64,000 nucleotides of DNA from Amphiscolops sp. MND2022 (taxonomy: Eukaryota), in NCBI GenBank assembly GCA_964187785.1, contig OZ076409.1, positions 27,034,001 through 27,098,000 on the forward strand, given 5' to 3'. Of the stretch, positions 13,201-25,200 are shown in pieces. Below the pieces are notes generated by a model that did not search any database, was not told where the DNA came from, and worked only from the letters and a program-made list of their open reading frames with translations. Made by a program: the position numbers and the translations under genes. Numbering within the stretch: the first letter of the stretch is position 1; each line of letters begins with the position of its first letter.

Positions 13201-16200
13201 CTTTTAAAGCTTGTAAGTATGAAAAACCCAGGACTCTGTTCCAGGCGCATGGTTCATTGGTTTTGAAAGATTCACCGAAGATCAAGTTTTTGTGATGATT
13301 ACTTTATGAGTCGTAGTTCTACAGAATCTATATTGCTCATTTGAATAATGGAGCTTCAATCGTTTGAAGTCAAAATTTTGAAGTTGCAATATGGCAATGC
13401 CCGGGTTGACCCTCCATGGATATCTTAGTAAGATCTTCGCAAGACGTAGGAAGATCTTGGAACAATCTTGGCTAAGGTCTTACTAAAATCTTCCCATGGT
13501 ACGCATTTGCCATGGTAAGATCTTCTCAAGACAGGCATTTTTCGAGGATAAATCCTTTCTATAATCCTTAAAATGATTATAGGTAGATTTTTATGGAAGT
13601 CTGAAGTAGAAAAAATTATTGACTTTCAATCATTTACTAATTAATTTTGAGTTTAACTAATTCTTTGAGTGTTGTTGTTTGTAAGAAATGATCTTAATAT
13701 ATGAACAAAGAAAAATTTGCCTGTAATTGTGAATTTGCGCTTTTTATCTGAATTTTATTCGGCGTTTTTCTGATAAAAAAGCGGTTAGTTAATTGTTATG
13801 CCTAAGAATCGGCGGCCATTTTGCGGCGTCCCCGGTAGAAACAACGAATTTTTCTCATATTTGAAACCTTTGATGCATTTCCCCCCAAAAAATTTCATGA
13901 ATGGTTTCAACATCAAGAACAAGTAAACCCTTTTAAAACATAATTTTAGGGGCTTTCAAGGCATCATCTACCAACAAAAGCGTAGTCAATAAATGAACCT
14001 TGTTCCGTTTTGCTTCAGAAGACACAATTCCTGGAAAATGTGATCTACGGGTCGATGGAGTTACAGACACGGCAATTAGTCTCAGTTGGGACCCTCCGTT
14101 CAATATAAACACCACCAAGGTTAAACTTCTTGCATTATTAATGACTGTTTACTTGAATTTATTGGTTTCAAGTATTGCTAAACAATATTTACGCAAAATT
14201 TTAGCTTCATTAAACTCCAGCTGTTATTATCTCTGTACAAAGCCTATCTTTCATGGCGTGAGCGCTTCGAAAACTTTATAAGAACCTTTGTAGTTCAGTA
14301 AACCCCAGTTGTAAAACATTCAACATTGATTTATTGGTCTAGAAAGTGAATTCCAAATTTTCTGCAAGCATTTTTGTAGTCGTTTGAAACAAGACGGGAA
14401 CGTCTAAAGTCGGCGCTATGTCTAAGGCCAAAAAGCGCAAAGTTTTTAAAATTGTTAAAGGGGGACCATTTCGGTTTTTTGAAAATCCAGTTTGTTGCAA
14501 AATATCAAAAAATGAAGGGGGCATTTGGAGATATTTAAAAATTTAGAGAAAAACGGAAAACGAGAATTTTGAAACAGTCTCATAGTGCCGAAAAACTTGG
14601 AAGGGAGACCCTTTGGAATTTTTGAAACTTCAGTTTGCTGCAAAATATCAAAAAACTTGAAGGGGGCCCTTTGACGACAAAAAAAATCCAAAAAAAGTTG
14701 CACAGTGCCGAAAAAAATTCAAAAGGGGACCCTATAGTCTCGTCCGGTTTTGTATCTTACGTTAAAAAGGGAGTAAAAACAGATGCGTTTCCGTTTGCCG
14801 GTCCAGTAGTTTAGTAGCTGTAACGGCAAGCAGTTATCGGTCGCTTAACGCGTTAACAGAGGTGGAGGAACCTGCAGGAATGGGTGAATCGCTCGGGACA
14901 GGCGCCCATCGCCACAGATCCATTTTGCCTCCAGGGGTGAAATAGTCCCGGGGCCGTGGGTGCTTCGACGAATACTGTCCAACCGGTCCTAGTCTTTGAT
15001 TGCTAATAGTAACGGGCATCTTTCTGACTCTCTAAATACCACCGTTTAACTAGCATATTAAAACAATGCCAAGAATAAGGTAAATTTCCAGTTCCAGGGT
15101 GACATGTGAATAAGATCTAAAATTGGGGCATAAGATCTAAACTAGCGCTAGCGCTACTGAATACAGCCAAAATCACTGAAAATACATGAAAACAGGCACG
15201 AATATGGCAAACCACACAGCTAAAAAGCTGGGGCGCAGGGGCTCCAAGCACCAAACAAGGATCTTTAGGCGAAAAGACTCATTTTTACGGTTTCCGCTAC
15301 ATAGGGTAGCATAATGCTGAAAATCGATAAAACCGGTGTTAGCACCTCAAAAAGAGTCTATTTTCGGATGTTCTTGCCGTCTCTGGCTTCTGTTTTTGCT
15401 CATTCTTGCTCTTTGTTGTCGAAGTACCTGCCAATTTCGTGGAAACAGCGAAAAGAGCAATCACATGCTCAGTGCCACGTCACACATCGGATAAGAATTT
15501 TTGACAAAATTTCTGAACATGTCAAAGTTGCAAAAAGGTTGATATTGCTGTACCAGAGCTTGCCGTTACATCACTCACCGGGCTTTATGCATGACGTCCC
15601 TGTCATGCGGAGAGGCTGGCATTGAATACATCGCCACATCATGAGTGCAATCCACTAGGGTCTCAAACTGGTGATGTTGCAACGGTCCAGTGGCACTGTC
15701 ATCTTTTGCTGATTGGGCAACCATGGGGTCTTGCTTCTAGCCATCCAGAGAACCTGCATCGTCCAGAAACTGTTGAAACAGAACTAGCTCGAGAGCTAGA
15801 AAGCCAGTACTCAAAAATGCACCTTGAAATTGATCAAATCCAAGATTCCATACATCAATCAAAAAAGCACCACTTTTTTTAGCACGAGTATTCAGTTTTC
15901 TGCAAAAGTCTGAATAGGATACTGCTAGCACTTTGGTTTTTGGACGTCTAAAATTTCTTTTACGGAGCGCTCACGCTCCAAAGTGCACGTGGTTCTCAGC
16001 AAAACATCTTTTCCACGGCAATAAAATTTCGGTTTGCAGCACAGTTAAAAGTTATTTTGGCTAAAACTTCTTTTCAGCAGTAAAACCACTGTTTAAGAGG
16101 AAGACAAGCTGTTTCTTTGATACTTTTTCTGTACAGTTCGGCTTGGTTTGGGCAACACGCACTGATATGCAGCTCCACACCTGTATAGTAGCATCTGTCA

Positions 16201-19200
16201 AGGAGCGCATCAGAAGCAAACTACGAACTGCTCGTAAGAGTAAGCGCTGGAGTAAAGCAGACAAAGGTAGATCAAATTTTGCCATTTGCGCGCGCTCCTT
16301 ATTTTTCCGGATATCACGTTGGAATCTGGAGGAAACATCTGGAAATCTTGGAAAAGAAAAACAAAAATAGCACCTTTCGGGCGTAGCAATACATGTAGAG
16401 TTTTTGGGTTATTTATTGCACTGGGGCTCCCCGGGCTTTAATCGTTGAGCACCTTCATTAATATAAAGATAGCAATGACTAACAAAAAATGCAAAGAAAA
16501 TGGATTGGGCGTTGAAGACACCCCTTCCCCCCTTGAGAAGAAGTAGAGTGGCATTTGGACTGGGTAGACATCACCATCCAATAGCAGCAGGACATGCAAC
16601 AAGCATGAAGCATCAGGAAATCCGATAAAGAAAATTCTCGAGACTGGAATAGTTGTTCGGAGGACGGCCACGCCTATGTCCCTTCGGTCGAAGCGACCAT
16701 GGTAAAGCTGGGCGTGGTGGACGGCCACGGCGACGTCCATCATAAAGGGACAACAGAACTTTTTGCCATGAGTGCTCAAAGTCTGTGCGCGGTGGTCGAC
16801 CACGTCTATGACCAGTTGGTCGAGTTTTAGCTAAACCACCAGGCAACCAATTGATAAAGACTGGCGGGTCCTCCTGAATAAAATCCCGTAGCCCACCTTT
16901 AGCAGAATGTGGCTCGAAGGAGTCTTTCAGCAAACTCGGTAGCAACTTCGTAGTTGATATTAGGGACTTTGTTCCAGGGAAGTGAGAGTTGCTTAAAGAA
17001 TCCTGCGATAAGGAAATGGAGGATGAGATAGATATTCGTTCATTCTTCGTATCACTTGAGTAGAGGTTGCGCTCGCGCAACCCATTATCACCGGCGTGAT
17101 ATTCAGGTAAAGTGTCAGTCATACCTATAGTTGTAGTGTCCAAAGACATTGGGTCCACCCCCATGTCTTTTGTTAGCGGTGTCAATGGTTCTGATTTGAC
17201 GTCGTTTGAAACATTGATCTCGGCATTTCTGAGGTGTGCCTGCACTTCTGCATTTATCGACTGCATTTGTGCTAGCACTCGTGCTAACAATTTCTCCATA
17301 CGTATCTCACTTTGTACCAACGAGATTGATATTTCACCCATCTGTTGCTCCAGGGCCTCTAATTGTTGATCCTGTTTCTGATAAAACTGAATACTGGCTT
17401 CATGGAGAGAAGATCTTTTAGACGACGATACTAAACTAGGACTGGGAGTCCTTATGCTCCTCTCCGGCTCGGTATCCTGAGAGTTAGATGGCATTGAGTC
17501 TAGAAAATTGAAGACAGGTTTGAAACTATCCTCCAAAGGCCAATCTTTCAAGTTCAAATCCTCTAACTTCGTCGATCGGTCATGTTCATCTACCATTTGG
17601 GATTCATTTTGAGGTTGAACATCATGAACATCCATTGGTTGTGCTGCACTGACACTCTTTTTCCCTTTAAAAAAGGAACGGAGGCGGTGGAAGATTTTCC
17701 AACGTTTCATTTCAGCTTTACAGGCTTCCAACTGCTTGACTAGAACCACCAATGTACCCAAGTTCAGTGTCAGGGTCAAAGTCAAGAGAATTTCCAGCAA
17801 TCACAGCGTGCTGAAAATTTCTCAACACTTTGCAGGCTGCTCAGTGGACTAGAAAATTTTGCTTTAGAGCAAATTACTGCAGCCAAGTTGGATAGTGCGC
17901 ACCGAACAGACAGTCGAGCGGTTTGTCGACCTCTCAACCTCAATGGATTTGGATGTGTTGTGATTACCCAAAAGAGTTCTCTGCAAATTTGGCGTGATAT
18001 TCGGCTTTGATGCTACTCGATACAGCGGAATAACACCAAAATGAGGCACCAGAGTGTTCAAAAAGGTGTCACACTCGGGCAATCCGGTCAAACTTTTCGT
18101 CACTAGGAAGTTGCTCCTCTCAAAATCTCGTGATTTTGGCTAAGTCGGAACACTCAGGGTCTTTTTTGGATATCGAAAACCCTGCTCAAGGTAATTTCTA
18201 GAGATTTTCGTTTGGAAAAATGTAGTCCAGAGTGCGTCGCAGGCACTTAAAACTGCTGCCTTGAACTGTTCAGGATCAAATTTCGAAGTTCCAGAGGAGT
18301 CCAAAATTTATGACCCCTGCCGGCAATTTTTTTGAACCGTGGGATTTGCCTCGTTTGCACCCAGGAAGCTCTATTGGGTCCCTTCCGTTGGAAAATGAAG
18401 GCTTTTTGGGTTTGCCTCCTGTACAGCGGAAGTATTGAAGGTTTACAATGATAGATTTTCTGGTGTTTTTTGAATTTTGTTCAAGACGTGTGTCTGAACA
18501 GAGTCAAATTCAGTTTTATCAATCGTACTGGGTACAAAATGACACAGCACAATTTGTCAGCCACACAAGACAGAAAAATAACCTTCCGTAGCTGATGATT
18601 GCCTCCAGCTCCAAGCTAGAGCCTTTTTCAACTATTTTTTGATTTTTCAACTTTTTTGAAAATCACTCAGATGGTTTTTACAAGTGCTGGAAACGTGGTA
18701 TCGAGTTCAAAATTGGTCACGCGATCACACGTTTAGCCAGCTACACTACAGTAACAACCGATGAGAATTCAGACCACTGGGCAAGATTTAGATCTGATAC
18801 TGACGTTCCGTATCACCGTATCTCGGTTGACACGATTTTTCACATGCAATCAAAGACTCTCGTCCACAGTGCTGAGCTCTCGAGCTCACTTTTTTCAGCA
18901 ATGGTGCACCAACTGACACTAATAGGAATAGTCCAGGGTAGTGTTATCCCAACTTTCCAAAAAGGTGCGCCGACAGTTCCAAAAAATGATCTAATTCGTT
19001 ACGATACACAGGATATCACAGCTTCAAGTAACAAAATGCTATGATCCAGCAAGGCAGCCCACTCGATACTGATCAAATATCACACGCACAGCAATGAACT
19101 AACTGCTGGGAGTTCAAAATAGGGGTTTCAACAGCTTTCCAACACGTAGAAAAGACTTTTTTTTACTTTCCCAGTTTTCGTCTCGGTGAGACCTCTAACT

Positions 19201-22200
19201 GACACAATGAATATGCACGTCCGAGAAGAGTCGAAATTAGTTCCAAGGGTTGTAGCGTGCTGGAAGGTATACAGCACTTTCGGATTGATGCACTGACCCA
19301 AAAAGTGAGTCCAAAATTGGGGTATTAGAATCCAGTCACAGGTCAGAGGTTTTTCAGATGTTTTTTGGGTTTTTCAGCTTCACTTGAAAAAAACTCCAGA
19401 GGCTAGCGCTAACGCTAGAAACGCAGGATCGGCTTCAAAATGAACCACACAGTCCCACGTAAGTTGAGGTACAAGGGAATAATAGCTGATTTCTGCTGAG
19501 ATGACTAGGTGAAGTTTCAACACAGCACAGACGTTCGGTATCACCGTGTTCCAATATGCAGTGTTCTTCACGTGTCAACTCAGATTCCGGCAAACTGCAA
19601 AAAGCTCTCAAGCTCGTTTTTTCGGCAACAATACGATAATCTTGCACTGGTTACGATAATGGGCAGCAATTTGGCCCCACTCTTTGAATAAGGTGTTCAG
19701 GCAATCCCACAAGACTTCGTAGAATTCGCCTTCTTGCGCACCTTCTTGTGCAGTTTGTTTTAGTCAATTTCTCAACAAATATAGTAGCAATTGACACCAA
19801 ACTTGGCAGACGATGTCAGTAGGCACCAATTACGCTGTTAGAGTAGTGAAATAGACGGTGGTAGGCTTGCAGGGGGTCTCCTCAAGGATTTGGCCCTCTG
19901 CTCGTCTCGTTGAGGACTTAAGAAAGTTGATGTTTCTCAACGTCCAAGATTTTTCAAAACGCGTTCTAAGGCTCGTAGGCTGTTCAAATTTGCACAGCGC
20001 TTTTCCACAAGCACGCTGGGCCAGAAAATCAACCTAGTTTGGGGCAAGAATTCTCCAGTCACCCACAGGAAGAATTTCACAGAATTTTTGGATTTTCCAA
20101 AAATCGCACAACAACTCTCCAGAGGCTCGTGTGTGCACTGGAATCGCCGTATCCAGCCCAAAATTGACCAGCAGATCTTAGGTACACGTAGGTTTACGAA
20201 AAAGAACACAGAATTGAGCTGCACCCCTTCTACACAGTTTCACCTAGGTACAGACGTGCGGTACCACTATGTACCAAAATACGCTGTTTTTCACGTCTTT
20301 TTCAAGATTGCGGTCCACTGGAAGGAGCTAGCAAGCTCAATTTCTCTGCAGCAACGTAGGAACTAGCACAGGTTACGATGGTGGGCTGCAATATAGCCCC
20401 ACCCGTCGGCTAAGGTGCCCGGGTTACTCGGAAAAATTAAGAAAAAATTGCCTTTTTGCACGCCTTCTTGGGTGTCACGTTTTTCCTTTTTTTCTCAACA
20501 AGTATCACACAGATCAGCACCAAACTTGGTAGTCTATGCCAGTGGGCACCTACAATGCCACTGATATGGTCGAATTGAAGCGCGAGCGCTTATTTGAGGT
20601 TTCGACCCACTATGTACGTTGTACACGAAAAAACACTGTTTTTGACGACTTTTTTCACAAATTGACCAAGAGGATCACCTCAGAAAGTGATACGGCGGGC
20701 AAAATGGGACCAACTATCCGTAGCACTGGGATAAACCCTCAATTGGTGGTGCCCACTAGGTGTAAGGCACTGACAGTCCTGCAGTTTTGGATTTTTTTGG
20801 TCCTTTTACGCTTCTCTGAAGTCGAAACGTCAGAGAACTTTTCTCGACTTTGGTGACCGATACGCTCAATAAATTTTCGGCACTAACGTTAATTTTTGTG
20901 GTGGTTACGAAAATGCAACCACTTTTTGGCTAGGGTTCAGGAATCGATGACCCGACCCTAGCTCAGAGACAGTCCGGTTTTGTGGAAAATTGATCAAATT
21001 CAGTGCGTTTTTCCACTTTTCTCAGCACTGAAAAGGAATTTTTGCACGCGATTTTCACCACAATGCGTTATTTTTACTATAAAAACAGAAAATGAGAGCG
21101 CGCGGGCTCCCAGGTCTCGAAAACACTGAGTGCCCCAGAGGTTTTAATGATGCACTCTGGCACTCCTGAAACTGGCCAAAAATCAAGGTTTTTCGACCTG
21201 TTCTCACCAAGAAAACGTTACAAACTCTCTTAAATCCTATTTTCAGTACTGTGGAGTGTGCCCCAAACTAATAGCAGCACGGAAGAGGCAATTACATCAC
21301 AATCCAGCACTCTCCCAGTGGCATTTCATAGTGGTTTTTTGCCAATTTCGCCAAAAACCGGGTTTTTTCATGCAAAACGTGTCTCAAAAAGGAGTCCAAC
21401 GGCCTTTCTGGTTGTCGTTACAATATGTAGCATAACCCTCAAGGTTTTGGGCTGCTTTGTATTCCTTTTTGCAACTGCTGTGGCTAATACTTCGAGCGCT
21501 CGCGCTCGTAGCAAGAAAAAGTACTCAAAAATGCCAAAAATCACGTTTTTGCGACTTTTGCACTAAAAATCGCACTTTTTTCACTGAAAACGGGTGCAAA
21601 AGCACACACTGAGTTGCAACAAGAGGAAACTAGGCCTACCAAACAATTCCCCGTCGAAAAAGGTTCTTTTTCAAAATTTTCGCCCACCATGAGCCATTTG
21701 AGCGACACTTCTGGTCACAGGGGGTACATCTTCACCACGCTTTTTCTCCACATCCAGACCAGATAGAGACACGCGGTTTGGACCATTAGCATTATCTGCT
21801 ATTGCACTTGCTGTCCACCAAAAACCATGCCTCTAGGACGTCTCCACGAGAAATGGGAATAGAAAGTAGGCAACACAAGATTTGTCCCCTCCTTCGCCTC
21901 GCTGGAGTATGGTCAACCATCCATCCGGTACTCTCTTGCATGGCATAAAATGGCTGAAAATAGCTCAAAAACCCTGTTAGACACCCGTAGCCACGTGCTA
22001 CGGTCCTCTACACCTGCAAAAAGTTACCCGCTGATGGGTACACAACACATCACACATAAAGAGCGATTTCCTTCTAAAATGCCCAAAAATGCCATTTTCG
22101 CACCTGAAAACACGTTTTCTTCGGCATTTTCTCTGGTTCAACGCCTCTCCCAGTTCCAGTAAGACGTAATACGACTAAAAAGAGGTAAAACTCTGCTTCT

Positions 22201-25200
22201 CTTTCCTGTCCAGAGTCGAAAACGGGCTTGGCGCTGATCACCAGGGGGCCAGATCTTTTAAAAACCGCTAGGGAAAGCTTCCCAAGACGATCCCTCTGTG
22301 GTCGCCAAAAAATGAGGTCTCATGTAACGGCAAGCAATTATCGGTCGCTTAACGCGTTAACAAAGGTGGAGGAACCTGCAGGAATGGGTGAATCGCTCGG
22401 GACAGGCGCCCATCGCCACAGATCCATTTTGCCTCCAGTGGTGAAATACGTCCCGGGGCCGTGGGTGCTTCGACGAATACTGTCCAACCGGTCCTAGTCT
22501 TTGATTGCTAATAGTAACGGGCATCTTTCTGACTCTCTAAAGACCACCGTTTAACTAGCATATAAAAACAATGCCAAGAATAAGGTAAATTTCCAGTTCC
22601 AGGGTGACATGTGAATAAGATCTAAAATTGGGGCATAAGATCTAAACTAGGGCTAGCGCTACTGAATACAGCCAAAATCACTGAAATGCCATAAAAACAG
22701 GCACGAATATGGCAAACCACACAGCTAAAAAGCTGGGGCGCAGGGGCTCCAAGCACCAAACAAGGATCTTTAGGCGAAAAGACTCATTTTTACGGTTTCC
22801 GCTACATAGGGTAGCATAATGCTGAAAATCGATAAAACCGGTGTTAGCACCTCAAAAAGAGTCTATTTTCGGATGTTCTTGCCGTCTCTGGCTTCTGTTT
22901 TTGCTCATTCTTGCTCTTTGTTGTCGAAGTACCTGCCAATTTCGTGGAAACAGCGAAAAGAGCGATCACATGCTCAGTGCCACGTCACACATCGGATAAG
23001 AATTTTTGACAAAATTTCTGAACATGTCAAAGTTGCAAAATCGGTTGATATTGCTGTACCAGAGCTTGCCGTTACAAGCTCTGTAAAAAGTGTCCACTAC
23101 GCATACTTTCTGTTATCTGACGAAAAAAAGAGAGAAAACTTGCCACTGTAATAGTCGGGCTCATTTTGTTAAAATGCGCCGACTAAAAAGCACCAACTTT
23201 CTGCAACGTTTGTCGAATCGAAACTATTTTACACTTGTACACAGTGATACATTAACATGGTAAAAAAAACAAATAGGTGAGAAAATTTTGACCAGGATCT
23301 GCGTATTGACTCGCTAATGATAATAATAATTTAATTTCATTGAGTAGCTTTAAAAACACAATATGTATTTAGAAGCACCCAAATAGGACGTAAAATGAGC
23401 AAAGAGATGCTCTTCTAGTTTAATGAACATTCGCTAATAGTTATCCTCGCTTTTTCGATATACCCTTTTCGCTTATTGCGCTTTTATAAACAGCTTGATT
23501 TTCTTGAAATTTTAAACTAGATATTCAGATGTAACAAATTTTCAATTGTATTGAGTTGCAGCCAATTCCGTAAAATTTAAGTCGATTTTTGGTGCAATTC
23601 TATAAGTTACCTAATGGATATAACTTTGTTAAAATTGGAATGGCACTAAGCGGCCCATAAATTTGATTTTTGTGTCGCTTATTCGCTACCGCTTAATTTA
23701 GTCATCGCTCCCGCTTAGCGACCCGCTAAAGCTTATAGCGGGTCAATTCACTGATCAGGGTTGAATAATTTTTAGATCCGAGGTTACCAAGTGCAATGTA
23801 ACAAGTTGTTCAAGCTGCCTTGGGCGCTGGCTGAAACCCTGGACAACCGGCAGTTTGAGGTGACGTTCCGCGACCTGCAGCCAGACACTACTTACATCTG
23901 TGCCCTGGTGGCGTACAACAAGAGTCCTAAGATGTCGGATATCAATGCAGTGACCATAAACGTCAAGACCAAAGCTGAAAGTTAGTCTATCCTGCTGATT
24001 AGTCATGACTAATGCATTAGAAACGTCAGAATTCAATGAAGTCTAAAGGTAGGGTCAGATCGTAGTGTCGGTGATAATTCTGATTACTAATTAGATACAA
24101 AAACTGAACTTTTGATGACAAAAAAGTTTTCATTTACTTTTTTTCGTCTTTGTGTTTTATAACTTTTCTGAAATTCTGCTTCTAAAACTAATGCCAATAC
24201 TAACCTAAACTATTAGTATACTAATAGTTCAGGTTTGTATTGGCATTAGTTTCAGAAGCAGCATTTCAGAAATGTTTTTAAAGACAAAGACGAAAAGTAT
24301 ATGAAGAAAACTTTTTGTTATCGTCCAAAGATTTCAGTTTCTACCTAAAAAACACGGATCATTCATGCAGTTTTCATTGCTTTTTTGTCCTATCTGAGAG
24401 CAACAGTGGACGTTTTTTTTTAAATTCAGGAGCAACCGGGTTCCCCTCTAGTGCCCCCACAAACGTCAAGGTCATGCCCCTTGCAGAAGACACCATCAGC
24501 ATCCGCTTCGACATCGAAAGAAACAGTGCACAGTTCTTCCAGGTGAGTGATTGGCACTCTAAAATAATATTTCACAGAAGTTTTCTAGTGATTATTTAGA
24601 CGTTGCGCAAACTCGACCAATTATTCGATCGGTCAAGAATTGCTCCTAAACTGATGTTTCGGAACGCTCCCACCCATTTCTCTGCAGCAAATATATGAGA
24701 CCTTAACATTTCAGGTTCGAAGGGAGTCAAGAGTTAGTCCGTCAGTGGACAGAGAGTACATGGAGGAAGAGAGTCTTTACTTAGTTAACATAACCCGCAA
24801 CTACCACCACTTTTCCAATCTCAGACCCAACACGCACTACTTGTTTGACGTCAGGTCTTTCAACGGAGACCAGCCCAGTGCTTGGAGTGCCAAAGTGTCT
24901 GCTACTACCCAGGAAGCAGGTCAGATATAATACATACGTTTAACAAAGTTATTACTGAAATATACTATAGTGATTAAATAACTAAGCATTTTTGCTTCTT
25001 CTTTCCTTCCGATTCCATGTTTCGAGATGGTTAGGAAGCATGGTTGACATGGTTCCATGAATGATTTCCAATTTTGAAAATTTGGAACTTCGATCCGGAA
25101 TTAAATGTCTCTGAAATTCGAGATCTATAAAATGTAAATTGGTGTTGATTGCCTTCAACTTTTTTTTCATTTCCAGCCCCGGGCGATGCCCCCCAAATGT

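Larger units (their letters stand above)
14819..23076 (-). mobile_element. Non-autonomous LTR-like element (no gag-pol) carrying an AT-hook ORF
   Basis: Two ~753-bp direct repeats differing at roughly a dozen positions, each TGTAACGGCAAGC..GCTTGCCGTTACA. Outer flanks are AGC/AGC, there is a minus-strand PBS, and no RT/IN/protease motifs appear in the ORF track. Confidence 0.85.

Noticed and set aside
15314..15625. ORF MLKIDKTG.., duplicated at 22819-23151
   Set aside because: It lies inside the long direct repeats and runs out of them into different sequence; incidental.
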